Origin: an uncultured Gemmatimonadaceae bacterium
Lineage (GTDB): Bacteria; Gemmatimonadota; Gemmatimonadetes; Gemmatimonadales; Gemmatimonadaceae
DNA: 64,000 bases
Direction of reading: 5' to 3'
NCBI GenBank assembly: GCA_963817955.1
Contig: CAWFQK010000002.1
Location: 1,099,326 to 1,163,325 of the forward strand
Position 1 is the first letter of the stretch. Every line of letters starts with the position of its first letter. The notes below the pieces were generated by a model. That model searched no databases, was not told where the DNA came from, and saw nothing but the letters and a program-made list of their open reading frames with translations. A program made the translations under genes and the position numbers. Shown piece by piece: positions 1 through 9,631 of this stretch.

Positions 1-310
1 CCTGGTTGAGCAGTACGCGCTGGCGATGAAGCGCAATCAGCCAGGCGGACCACTCGTTCAGACGATTCGTCGTACGCTTCCCTCCCTCTCGGAGAATCTC
101 AAGAACCAGTTCGGAACAATTTCCGAGCTCGTGATGTCTGTAAATCTGGCGGCAACTCGCGGCGCCAGCGAAGCCGTTCGGGTCCGTACGTTGCGTGAAG
201 GCGTCGCACAGATCAAACAGGCGCTGGAGATCGCGATGAAGCAGACAAGAGACAGGCATACGTCCAAAGATGATCGAGGCCAAGCCCCAAAGGATCAAGG
301 CGCATCGTAA
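1..310 (+). CDS. Hypothetical protein, 3' part (5' end outside the window)
   Basis: The frame is open from the window edge (LVEQYALAMKRNQ...) to TAA at 308-310; helical, protein-like composition. Confidence 0.6.
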   Translation, partial: LVEQYALAMKRNQPGGPLVQTIRRTLPSLSENLKNQFGTISELVMSVNLAATRGASEAVRVRTLREGVAQIKQALEIAMKQTRDRHTSKDDRGQAPKDQGAS

Positions 311-454
311 CTCAATGTAGGACAAGCTCCTACATCTGGGCTTCCTCGCTTGCTTTGATCGTCTGGTGCCGATATGCTCTCAGGTGACCTGTCGGTTTAT
401 TGCCTACGACGTGTAAGGATTTCACGCAAACGAACGACGGTTCAAGGACCTAAC

Positions 455-1684
455 ATGCACGTTCCTACCCGCCTGCGCTGGCCGGGTATCCGCAACGCGA
501 GTGCGGTCGCATTGACGATTGGCCTGGCCATTTTCCTGGCCGCCTGTGGTCAGAACCACCCCAACTCGATCTTCCACAGACGCACGGAGATCAATCGGGA
601 CGTCGATCATCTTTTCCAGATTCTGATCTGGGCGGGAACGGCGGTGTTCGTTCTCGTCGAGGCGATTCTGGTCCTGACGCTCATTCGGTTTCGCAGGCGC
701 CCCGGACAGCCCGAACCGAAGCACGTACACGGGAACACCACCCTCGAGATCACATGGACGGTCATTCCGCTCCTGATCTTGATTATGATCGCGATTCCCA
801 CCATTCGAACCATCTTCAAGAGTCAGACGAAGGCGAGCGCCAACGCACTGCAAGTCGAAGTGATCGGCCATCAGTGGTGGTGGGAATTCCGCTACCCGCA
901 GTACCAGATCGTCACGGCGAACGAGTTGTATCTGCCGATCGGCCGGACGGTGAACTTCACGCTCAAGACGCAAGACGTCATTCACTCGTTCTGGGTGCCG
1001 TCGCTCGCGGGCAAGCGCGATGTCGTGTCGAACCACGTGAACTATCTGTGGTACACTCCAGACTCGACGACCGCGAACGTGTTCAATGGATCCTGTGCCG
1101 AGTATTGCGGCACGAGCCACGCGAACATGCGCTTCAAAGTGTTCACGGTGGCGGCAGCCGACTTCGAGAGCTGGGCCAAGCATCAGCAGGAACCCGCGGT
1201 CGGCAGTCCGAGCGGCACTGACACGACGACGCGAGCCGCTCCGGCGCCGGTGACGCAGGCCGGCTTTCTCTCCTTCCCGAAAGAGCAGATCCCGGGCTAC
1301 GCCGTGCCGCAGACGCCGCTGCCGCCGTCACTCGCCTTCAACGACAACTTGACGGGCGACCCGGCAAGCGGCGCGAAACTCATTGTCGGCGCCGGCGGCT
1401 GCCTCGCCTGCCATTCCATCAAGGGCAATCCCATGATGGTCGGCGTCATCGGGCCGAATTTGACCCACATCGCATCCCGGACGACGATCGGTGCGGGTCT
1501 CTACCCAAACGATGCCAGACACCTCGCCCGGTGGATCAAGAACGCGCCAGTCATGAAGGCGGGAATTCTGATGCCGTCGCTCGGCGCCAACCAATATGAC
1601 CCTGTACGCAAGATGACGATGCGGCCCGGTCTCAGCGACCAGCAGATCGCCGACATCGTGGCATACCTGCAGACGCTGAAGTAA
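455..1684 (+). CDS. coxB: Cytochrome c oxidase subunit II with fused C-terminal cytochrome c (caa3 type)
   Basis: Lipobox LAAC, two TM helices, GHQWWWEFRY, DVIHSFW, CuA motif CAEYCGTSHANM, heme c motif CLACH; AAGGA upstream of ATG 455. Confidence 0.95.
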   Translation: MHVPTRLRWPGIRNASAVALTIGLAIFLAACGQNHPNSIFHRRTEINRDVDHLFQILIWAGTAVFVLVEAILVLTLIRFRRRPGQPEPKHVHGNTTLEITWTVIPLLILIMIAIPTIRTIFKSQTKASANALQVEVIGHQWWWEFRYPQYQIVTANELYLPIGRTVNFTLKTQDVIHSFWVPSLAGKRDVVSNHVNYLWYTPDSTTANVFNGSCAEYCGTSHANMRFKVFTVAAADFESWAKHQQEPAVGSPSGTDTTTRAAPAPVTQAGFLSFPKEQIPGYAVPQTPLPPSLAFNDNLTGDPASGAKLIVGAGGCLACHSIKGNPMMVGVIGPNLTHIASRTTIGAGLYPNDARHLARWIKNAPVMKAGILMPSLGANQYDPVRKMTMRPGLSDQQIADIVAYLQTLK

Positions 1685-1712
1685 CGAACCGCTGAATCGG
1701 AGACACAGACGA

Positions 1713-3710
1713 ATGGCAACCGCCGCCGTCAGCCCATCGTATGCTCATGCCGGCATGCATCAGCCCAGTGGGCTCTGGAGTTGGCTCACGACCGTCGACC
1801 ATAAGCGCATCGGCGTGCTCTATCTGTTCACGGCGCTGACGTGGTTCCTGGTCGGTGGGATCGAAGCGATCATCATGCGGGCGCAGCTCCAGGGACCGAA
1901 CGGTCGCGTGGTCTCGCCCGAGACATTCAACATGTTGTTCACGATGCACGGCACGACGATGATCTTTCTCGTCGTCATGCCGTTGTCGGCCGCGTTTTTC
2001 AACTTTCTCATCCCGCTGCAGATCGGCGCCCGCGACGTCGCGTTCCCGCGACTCAACGCCTTCAGTTATTGGGTGTACCTGTTCGGTTCACTCTTCATGA
2101 ACTCGTCGTGGCTCATCGGCGCGGCGCCCAACGACGGTTGGTTCGGCTATGCACCGCTCACGACGCTCGCCTACTCGCAGGGCCTGAACATCGACTTCTG
2201 GATGCTCGGCCTGCAGATCCTCGGCGTGTCGTCGCTCGCGGCGGCGTTCAATTTCATCACCACGATCATCAACATGCGCGCACCGGGGATGAACCTCATG
2301 CGCATGCCGATGTTCACGTGGATGGCGTTCATTGTGCAGTTCCTCCTCGTGCTGGCGTTCCCGGTCATCACGGTCGCACTCGTGTTTCTCCAGTTCGACC
2401 GCTTCTTCGGCACGAACTTCTACACGATGACCGCGGGGGCCGACCCACTGCTCTGGCAGCACCTGTTCTGGATCTTCGGCCACCCCGAGGTCTACATCCT
2501 CATCCTGCCGGCATTCGGGCTCGTGTCGGAGATCCTGCCGACCTTCTCGCGCAAACCGATCTTCGGGTATCCGGTCATGGTGTATTCGGGGATTCTCATT
2601 GCCTTTCTCGGCTTCGGCGTGTGGGCGCACCACATGTTCGCCGTCGGCATGGGCCCGATCGCCGACTCGGTGTTCTCCGTGACCACCATGCTCATCGCGA
2701 TCCCGACCGGTGTGAAGATCTTCAACTGGATCTTCACCATGTGGGGCGGCACGTTGCGCTTCACCGTGGCGATGAAGTTCGCGATCTCGCTCGTCGCACT
2801 CTTCACGATCGGCGGCATCTCCGGCGTGATGCACGCGTCACCGCCGGCCGACTTGCAGCAGACCGACACCTACTTCGTCGTCGCGCATTTCCACTACGTG
2901 CTCGTCGCCGGTTCGCTGATGGGTCTCTGGGGCGGCATCTACTATTACTTCCCGAAGATCACGGGTCGCCTGCTGAGCGAGAAGATCGGCAACTGGCACT
3001 TCTGGCTCACCTTCATTGGCGTCAATCTCACGTTCATGCCGATGCACTGGTCGGGTCTGTACGGCATGCCGCGCCGCATCTACACCTACGACGCGGGCCA
3101 GGGCTGGGGGATGTTCAACCTGATGAGCTCCCTCGGCGCGTACCTCCAGGGACTCGCCGGGATCGTGTTCGCGTACAACATCTTCCGTAGCCGCAAGCAC
3201 GGCGAGATCGCCGGCAACGATCCGTGGGGCGCTCCGAGCCTCGAGTGGTCGACCACGTCGCCGCCGCCAGACTACAACTTCGCCGTGATCCCGACCGTGA
3301 CTTCGCGGTATCCGCTCTGGGACGTGAAGTCGCCGGAGCTGACGGCCGACGTGCCGCATAGCCGGCACGGAGATGAGCGCAGCGAGATCTCCCTGGGCGG
3401 CAAGAAGGTGGCAGAGTTCCACGATCACATGAGTGCCGGTACGCCGGAAGGCGGACGCAACCCGGGCGCGGTGCAACCACCGACCAAGCTGTCACAGAAG
3501 ACGGCGGAAGAACTCGGCATTCCAATGCCCTATTCCACGATCAAGCCATTGTTCGTCGCACTGTTCATGGTGTTGATGTTCGGAAGCCTGTTGCTCATTC
3601 ACAAAGACAAGACGACGCTCGCGATTGGCGGCGTCCTCGTCTTCGCCACCATGATGACGACCTCTCTTTACGCCTGGCTGACAGCGCCGCTCGAACCGCA
3701 GCACCACTAG
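1713..3710 (+). CDS. coxA: Cytochrome c oxidase subunit I (A1 type) with C-terminal extension
   Basis: DHKRIG, FTMHG, GHPEVY, WAHHMF, AHFHY, GMPRR motifs. Confidence 0.97.
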   Translation: MATAAVSPSYAHAGMHQPSGLWSWLTTVDHKRIGVLYLFTALTWFLVGGIEAIIMRAQLQGPNGRVVSPETFNMLFTMHGTTMIFLVVMPLSAAFFNFLIPLQIGARDVAFPRLNAFSYWVYLFGSLFMNSSWLIGAAPNDGWFGYAPLTTLAYSQGLNIDFWMLGLQILGVSSLAAAFNFITTIINMRAPGMNLMRMPMFTWMAFIVQFLLVLAFPVITVALVFLQFDRFFGTNFYTMTAGADPLLWQHLFWIFGHPEVYILILPAFGLVSEILPTFSRKPIFGYPVMVYSGILIAFLGFGVWAHHMFAVGMGPIADSVFSVTTMLIAIPTGVKIFNWIFTMWGGTLRFTVAMKFAISLVALFTIGGISGVMHASPPADLQQTDTYFVVAHFHYVLVAGSLMGLWGGIYYYFPKITGRLLSEKIGNWHFWLTFIGVNLTFMPMHWSGLYGMPRRIYTYDAGQGWGMFNLMSSLGAYLQGLAGIVFAYNIFRSRKHGEIAGNDPWGAPSLEWSTTSPPPDYNFAVIPTVTSRYPLWDVKSPELTADVPHSRHGDERSEISLGGKKVAEFHDHMSAGTPEGGRNPGAVQPPTKLSQKTAEELGIPMPYSTIKPLFVALFMVLMFGSLLLIHKDKTTLAIGGVLVFATMMTTSLYAWLTAPLEPQHH

Positions 3711-3724
3711 CAACGGCAATCAAC

Positions 3725-4378
3725 ATGGCTACCGCAGTGGCATCCCACGCGCATCCCCCGACCAGTACGGGTCTCGATCACCGCAAGATCGGAATCTGGG
3801 CGTTCATCGGGTCGGAGTGCATGCTGTTCGCGTCGCTCATCTCGACCTATCTGATCTACAAGGGACGCAGCGTCGTCGGGCCATTCCCGCACGAGGCGTG
3901 CGATCCACCGAAATGCGCGACGCACCTCAATGCCATCCTCAACATCCCGGTCACATCCATCTCGACGTTCGTGCTCCTCATGTCGTCGCTCACCATGGTA
4001 CTCGCGCTCGCGGCGGTGGAGAACAAAGGCAAGCCGGGCTACGAAGGCATCAAAGGCTCGTCCAAGCTCTGGCTGTTGGCGACGGCGCTCCTCGGCACCA
4101 CGTTCCTCGGCTTTCAAGCGTTCGAGTTTACGTCATTCGTCCATGAGGGACTGACCCTCAGGACCAACCTCTTCGGCTCGTCGTTCTTCACACTGACCGG
4201 GTTCCACGGAGCCCACGTTACGGTGGGCGTCCTCTGGCTGGTGACCCTGTTGGCGATCGACATCAAACGCGGGCTCGGTCCAAAGGATGCATTGATCGTC
4301 GACATTTCCGCGCTGTATTGGCACTTCGTCGACGTCATCTGGATCGCGATCTTCACGCTGGTGTATCTCATCAAGTAG
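3725..4378 (+). CDS. coxC: Cytochrome c oxidase subunit III
   Basis: FIGSECMLF, TGFHGAHV, YWHFVDVIW. Confidence 0.95.
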   Translation: MATAVASHAHPPTSTGLDHRKIGIWAFIGSECMLFASLISTYLIYKGRSVVGPFPHEACDPPKCATHLNAILNIPVTSISTFVLLMSSLTMVLALAAVENKGKPGYEGIKGSSKLWLLATALLGTTFLGFQAFEFTSFVHEGLTLRTNLFGSSFFTLTGFHGAHVTVGVLWLVTLLAIDIKRGLGPKDALIVDISALYWHFVDVIWIAIFTLVYLIK

Positions 4379-4396
4379 CAGCCGGAGCCGACGACC

Positions 4397-4744
4397 ATGG
4401 CTGATCAGGATTTCACGCACACGAATCCCGCGATCGACGTGCACGCAATGGGCGAGATGCACGAGCACCCCACGTGGCGCGAGTACAGATGGGTGGCGCT
4501 CGTCCTCGCTCTCATCACGGTCTTCGAAGTCTGGGTGTACTACACGCCGTTCAACGCTTCACGGTGGTTCGTGCCGGTGCTGTTGGTCATGTCGGCAATG
4601 AAGTTCTCGATCGTCGTCCTCTTCTACATGCACCTGAAGTACGACCATAAAGTGTTCAGGGCCCTGTTCACCGGACCGCTGATGATCGCGATCTCCACCG
4701 TCATTGCGCTGTTCTTCCTCCTGGCGAAGATCGCGGGGCGGTAA
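4397..4744 (+). CDS. Cytochrome c oxidase subunit IV (prokaryotic)
   Basis: Three TM helices, FYMHLKYD motif, operon position. Confidence 0.85.
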   Translation: MADQDFTHTNPAIDVHAMGEMHEHPTWREYRWVALVLALITVFEVWVYYTPFNASRWFVPVLLVMSAMKFSIVVLFYMHLKYDHKVFRALFTGPLMIAISTVIALFFLLAKIAGR

Positions 4745-4746
4745 GA

Positions 4747-5640
4747 ATGGTGTCCCTCGCGCTGCTGCACACCGGTGCGCGGCTGAGCCCGACCACTTTC
4801 ACGGTTCATTCGAGCACCGTCGTCGGCATTGCCGGCTTGGCCGCGTTGTACGAATGGGCAGCGCGCCACGAGTGGCAAACGGTCACCGGCGACGAATCGG
4901 GCCATGCGCCTCACTCGACACGCACCGCCCAACCGTCTACCGGGCAGCGCGCCTGTTACTATGGCGCGCTCGTCACGATGTTCTTCACACTGAACGGCTG
5001 GCTGCACGATCTCAGCGATTCCTACCTGTTCAGCGCGCATATGCTCCAGCACCTGTTGCTGAGTCTCGCCATCGCGCCACTGATGGTCATGGGCACTCCC
5101 GGCGGCATGTTGCGGCCAGCGCTCTCGGTGCGCGGCGTGCGCGCCGTCGCTGCATGGCTGACCAAGCCAATGCACTCTTTCGCAATCTTCATCGTCGTCA
5201 TGGCGGCTTGGCATCTGCCGCCTCTGTACAACTATGCCCTGGCGCACCATCCCGTGCACATTCTGCAGCACCTGATGTTCCTGGTCGCATCGGTGCTGAT
5301 GTGGTGGCCGGTTCTCAGCCCGCTCCCGGAACTGCCACGGCTCAGCTACCCGGGACAAATGCTATACATGTTCCTGCTCACCATCCCGATGGCGATTGTG
5401 GCCGTATACATCACGTACGCCGATACCATCCTCTATCCGCTGTACGCCAGCGCGCCCCGTATCTGGGGGATCACCCCAATGAACGATCAGCTCATCGGCG
5501 GGCTCATCATGTGGATTCCTGGCGGGTTGTACTTCTACACCATCATTTCGATCGTCTTCTTCCGGTGGCAGCAACGAGACGGGGTCGAAACACAAGCCGG
5601 CGCGCAAGTGGATTGGCGGATCGAGGAAGGGGCCGTCTGA
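4747..5640 (+). CDS. ctaG: Cytochrome c oxidase assembly factor, Caa3_CtaG family
   Basis: LFSAHMLQH, WHLP, DQLIGGLIMWIPG. Confidence 0.9.
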   Translation: MVSLALLHTGARLSPTTFTVHSSTVVGIAGLAALYEWAARHEWQTVTGDESGHAPHSTRTAQPSTGQRACYYGALVTMFFTLNGWLHDLSDSYLFSAHMLQHLLLSLAIAPLMVMGTPGGMLRPALSVRGVRAVAAWLTKPMHSFAIFIVVMAAWHLPPLYNYALAHHPVHILQHLMFLVASVLMWWPVLSPLPELPRLSYPGQMLYMFLLTIPMAIVAVYITYADTILYPLYASAPRIWGITPMNDQLIGGLIMWIPGGLYFYTIISIVFFRWQQRDGVETQAGAQVDWRIEEGAV

Positions 5641-5716
5641 GAGCAGCGCTTTCAGGGTGGCTACTCGGCGAGTGTCGAGTTGCCAGTGATGAGTTATGCG
5701 TTGCGCGTTTTTAAAC

Positions 5717-5740
5717 ACTCACAACTCACAACTCACAACT
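5717..5740. repeat. Heptamer tandem repeat (ACTCACA x3) in an intergenic region, with a partially complementary GAGTT-type arm upstream
   Basis: cactcacaactcacaactcacaact read directly; GAGTTGCC and GAGTTATGCG at about 5677-5700. Confidence 0.6.
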
Positions 5741-5923
5741 GGACACTCGAACCTCGCCGACCGGCGATGGTGGCCGGCAAACCAGGCCCCCCGCGCGACT
5801 ACTCTGCACGATTGATGAGATTTCCTCCGCGTTCCTCCGCGCGCTCTGCGGTGTGCTCGCACGGGCACCATCCGCGATCCGTCTGGAGAGGTAGCCACTA
5901 CCACAAGCCTAGCTCATAGTAGT

Positions 5924-6238
5924 TCCACGATCGCGACGGCGATGCTCGGCAACCTGCTCGGCAACCTGCTCGGCCAATGGATCGGCACCAAACGCCCCCT
6001 CATTGAGCGGCTCAACGGCATGTTCGCGGTCGGCGCGCTCGGCATGATGGGGGCATGATGGGAACTGGTCAATTACCACGGCAAGGTCATGCCGCTCGAG
6101 GCCGTCAATTTTCAGTCGGTGTTCCGGACGTGGCTCGATCCGGTAAACGCGTCGCTCGCCTTCGCCCTCACGTTCGTTCTTGTTTGGTTCGGCGCCCTCT
6201 ACGCGCTTTACCGCAAGGATATCTTTTTCAAGGTGTAG
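5924..6238 (+). pseudogene. Internally deleted remnant of a heparan-alpha-glucosaminide N-acetyltransferase-like (NagX/DUF5009-type) membrane protein
   Basis: Fragments STIATAMLGNLLG..QWIG..RPLIERLNGMFAVGALGMM and the C-terminus WLDPVNASLAFALTFVLVWFGALYALYRKDIFFKV* lie in different frames; no start and most of the gene missing. Family call is from recall, not a search. Confidence 0.6.
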
Positions 6239-6272
6239 TGCCTGGGTACCATAGTTGCCCGTTGATCATGAC

Positions 6273-7904
6273 ATGACGCAGACTTTTTCCCGAGCGGGCT
6301 TCGCCGCCCAACTCACCATCGCAGCATTCGGCGCCGTACTCTTCGCCGTCCCAACTGCCGGGGCCGTGGCGCGCCCAAGACTCGAGGTTCGCGCCGAAAC
6401 AACGGTTGCCGGACACGCACCCGGCAAAGCCGCCCGGACCTCGAAGAAGGCACAGCGCCGTCCGAAGAAAAGACCGCCAACCCAGGCACGGGCGGCTGCC
6501 GCCAGGAAACCGCCAGCGGGACCCGCGTGGAGCAGCCCGCGTGGCGCGGTTGCCCTGTCCAGCGCGGTGGGCGCGGCGCTGGCCGGCCACACCCGCAGCG
6601 GTGAGTGGGGAGCCATGATCGTATCGCTCACCCGCGGCGACACGCTATTCGAGCAGAATGCCGACACCATGATGCAGCCAGCGTCAACGATGAAGATGTA
6701 CACGTCGGCGGTAGCGCTCGATCAATTCGGCCCCGATTACACCTTCCGAACGCCGGCATTACGCGACGCACCGGTAGGTACCGACGGCACGCTCGCCGGC
6801 AATCTCTATCTGCGGGGGGTCGGCGACCCGTCGATGAGCGCGCGCTTCTGGCACCAAGAAGAGCCGATGGACGTGTTGGCCAAAGCGATCGCCGCCGCCG
6901 GGATCAAGCACATTCGCGGCGACATCGTGGGCGATCCTTCGGCGTTTGATGAGAAGCTGGTGCCGGACGGATGGAAGACCAGCTACCTCGGCGCTGCCTA
7001 CGCGGCACGTGTCTCGGCGCTGTCGCTCAACGAGAATCTCGTCTGGGTGGTGGTGAAGCCCGACGGTAACAAGGCGTCGGTCACGCTCGACCCCGCGACG
7101 ACGGCCATTCCTCTCGAGAGCTCGGTGCGCGTCAGCGGTGGAGGGGGCGGCCAGATCAGCGCGTCGCGCCGCTCGGACGGCACGATTAGCGTACGCGGCT
7201 CCATCGGCTCACGTTCTGGGCCCTTGAAGTACTCATTGGTAGTCGACAACCCTGCGTTGTTCACGACCGGTGCGCTACGCGCCTCCCTGATGAAGGTCGG
7301 CGTCACGATAGACGGTCAAACGCGTCTCGGTGCGACACCGGAGAACGCCACACAAGTGGCGGCCGTTGCATCGCCGCCACTCGCCCAGATCATTGGCGAA
7401 ATGGACCGCGAGAGCATCAACGTGTTCGCCGAGCTGTTGTTCCGCGCATCCGCGCACGCGGCGACGAATCGCGTCGGATCGGCCGAAACCGGACTCGCCA
7501 ATCTACGCGACTTTATGTCCAAGAAGGTGGGGGCGCCGGGCACGATGGTGGACGTGATGGACGGCAGCGGTCTGTCTCAGCTCGATCACGTCACGCCGCG
7601 CTCGATGGTGGAACTGCTCGGGTACGTGCATCAGGCGCCATGGGGACCGGTGTTTCACGCCGCGTTGCCGGTCGAGGGCGAATCGGGCACACTCAAGCGC
7701 CACGGCAAGGGCGCTCCATCGCGCGGCAACCTGCATGCGAAAACCGGGACGACCAACACCGTCGCGGCACTTGGCGGTTATGTCACCGCCAAGAACGGCG
7801 AGGTGCTGGCCTTTTCGCTGATCTACAACGGCAGCGATCGATGGAACGCCAAAGCCGCGATGGACCAGATCGGCGCGACCATGGCGGAGTTCGTGAGAGA
7901 ATAG
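6273..7904 (+). CDS. dacB: D-alanyl-D-alanine carboxypeptidase/endopeptidase (PBP4, peptidase S13)
   Basis: SxxK (PASTMK), SxN (ESIN), KTG (AKTGT), DGSGLS. Confidence 0.92.
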   Translation: MTQTFSRAGFAAQLTIAAFGAVLFAVPTAGAVARPRLEVRAETTVAGHAPGKAARTSKKAQRRPKKRPPTQARAAAARKPPAGPAWSSPRGAVALSSAVGAALAGHTRSGEWGAMIVSLTRGDTLFEQNADTMMQPASTMKMYTSAVALDQFGPDYTFRTPALRDAPVGTDGTLAGNLYLRGVGDPSMSARFWHQEEPMDVLAKAIAAAGIKHIRGDIVGDPSAFDEKLVPDGWKTSYLGAAYAARVSALSLNENLVWVVVKPDGNKASVTLDPATTAIPLESSVRVSGGGGGQISASRRSDGTISVRGSIGSRSGPLKYSLVVDNPALFTTGALRASLMKVGVTIDGQTRLGATPENATQVAAVASPPLAQIIGEMDRESINVFAELLFRASAHAATNRVGSAETGLANLRDFMSKKVGAPGTMVDVMDGSGLSQLDHVTPRSMVELLGYVHQAPWGPVFHAALPVEGESGTLKRHGKGAPSRGNLHAKTGTTNTVAALGGYVTAKNGEVLAFSLIYNGSDRWNAKAAMDQIGATMAEFVRE

Positions 7905-7922
7905 AGACTCGGGTCCCGTCTC

Positions 7923-9059
7923 TTACGACTCCTTGATGTCGACTCCGCGCTTGCGCAGCTCATCGATATATCCCTGAGCGGGCACGCACTCGTCCGGGGT
8001 GTGCACGCCAAGGGGCTGCACTTGGCCGCGCACCTGCATCAGCCCGGTGATCGATAGCGAATACCCCGTCGTCCGCATCATCGCGCTGATCTCGTGCTGC
8101 TGGTCATAACAGTCGACCAACTCGAACGTCTTCTTCGCAGCCGCACCGTTCTTCTTGCCGCTCACGATCACGCGCAGCGCCACGAGGTCATGCCCTTTCG
8201 GCTTGTTCAGCTTCGGCATCACCGAGGCGATGAACGCGTCCCGCGGCACGATCATATGGCCCTTCACATCCACCGGCTTGAGATCGAGCAGGCCCATCTC
8301 CCGAACATCTTCCATGAGCCGGGCGTGCCCGGGATATCGAAGCGTCTTGTACTCCATCGTCGGGATCTTGCCTTCGTACGTGAACGCCATGGTGGACAAC
8401 CCGCCCGCCGTATGAAACGCCTCGAGATCCGAAAAATCGAACTTCACCGGCTCGATCTCCGACAGCGCCTTCACCTGCGTGCGCTTGCCGTTTCGCAGCA
8501 CCCACGACAGCGTGGTGTAGTAGTCGAGTGCACCCTCGAGCGAATACACCAGCATGTAGTTGAGCGGCGGCTCCGGATGTTGTGGCAGACCGCCAACAAA
8601 GATCTTCACGGAGTCGACGCTATCGAGTTGCCGGATCCCGTACTCAGCGAGAATGTTCACCATGCCGGGCGCCAACCCGGAATCGGGCACCACGGTGATC
8701 TTCTTCCGCCGGGCTTCGGCGTCGAGCTCCTTCTGCTTGAACACGATCTCGGTATTGCCGCCGAGATCGCAAAAATGAACGCCGGCCTCGACGGCAAGCC
8801 GCGCCATGTCGTAATTGAAGTAATATGGAATCGCGCTCATGACCGCATCACACTCGCGCATCACACCCAACACTGCGGCGTTGTCGCGAACGTCGAGCGG
8901 CGTCGGGAGCAGCCGCGGCCCGGAGTAGGGCGCCAGAAACTCAGGAATGTGTCCGACGTGAATATCGGCGAGACGTACCTCGGTAACGTCCTTATCCTGC
9001 AGCAGGTCGTAGGCACATGCCGAGCCTTGCAAACCCGCACCCAATACGAGCATCCGCAT
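7923..9059 (-). CDS. Saccharopine dehydrogenase / lysine 6-dehydrogenase family oxidoreductase
   Basis: N-terminal GAGLQG Rossmann motif, DSGLAPG, YKTLRYPGH, AMMRTTG. Confidence 0.88.
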   Translation of the reverse strand: MRMLVLGAGLQGSACAYDLLQDKDVTEVRLADIHVGHIPEFLAPYSGPRLLPTPLDVRDNAAVLGVMRECDAVMSAIPYYFNYDMARLAVEAGVHFCDLGGNTEIVFKQKELDAEARRKKITVVPDSGLAPGMVNILAEYGIRQLDSVDSVKIFVGGLPQHPEPPLNYMLVYSLEGALDYYTTLSWVLRNGKRTQVKALSEIEPVKFDFSDLEAFHTAGGLSTMAFTYEGKIPTMEYKTLRYPGHARLMEDVREMGLLDLKPVDVKGHMIVPRDAFIASVMPKLNKPKGHDLVALRVIVSGKKNGAAAKKTFELVDCYDQQHEISAMMRTTGYSLSITGLMQVRGQVQPLGVHTPDECVPAQGYIDELRKRGVDIKES

Positions 9060-9160
9060 GCGGTCAGTCTCCGTGAGAGCGTGAAAGCTGTCGAAACCTA
9101 CATGAGGCCGACTCAGCCGTCACCTGCGCGCGCGCAGGTTCCTCGTTCATTTCACCTGGC

Positions 9161-9616
9161 ATGATGTTTTTTGGAAGAAATTCCGACTGGCGTAGACATC
9201 TCATTCACGACGATGCCGGCATCGCCGCCGTGCTCTCTGCGACTCATCGTATCGCGGTGCTGGGCATCAAGATGGACCCCTCCCAGGCCGCATATTACGT
9301 CCCCGAATACGCGCAGGGCGCAGGGCTCGAGATCGTGCCGGTGCCAATCTACTACCCGGACGTGACGGAGATTCTCGGCGAGCGTGTGTACCGGAACGTA
9401 TCCGACATTCCAGGGGATGTGGACATGGTGAACGTTTTTCGTCGTCCGAGCGACGTCGCGGCGCACGTTGACGACATACTGGCCAAGAAGCCAAAGTCGG
9501 TCTGGATGCAACTCGGAATCCAGAATGATGCGGCGGCGGAGCGTCTGGCCCGCGCCGGCATCGACGTCGTACAGAACCGCTGTCTGATGGTGGAGCTGCG
9601 CCAACACGGCAAATGA
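9161..9616 (+). CDS. CoA-binding protein (YccU-like)
   Basis: VDMVNVFRR, VWMQLGI, VVQNRC. Confidence 0.88.
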   Translation: MMFFGRNSDWRRHLIHDDAGIAAVLSATHRIAVLGIKMDPSQAAYYVPEYAQGAGLEIVPVPIYYPDVTEILGERVYRNVSDIPGDVDMVNVFRRPSDVAAHVDDILAKKPKSVWMQLGIQNDAAAERLARAGIDVVQNRCLMVELRQHGK

Positions 9617-9631
9617 GGCGCGATGCAGCGC

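Noticed and set aside
1841..3190. 449-aa overlapping ORF in coxA
   Set aside because: Alternative-frame Arg/His-rich artefact of GC-rich codon usage.
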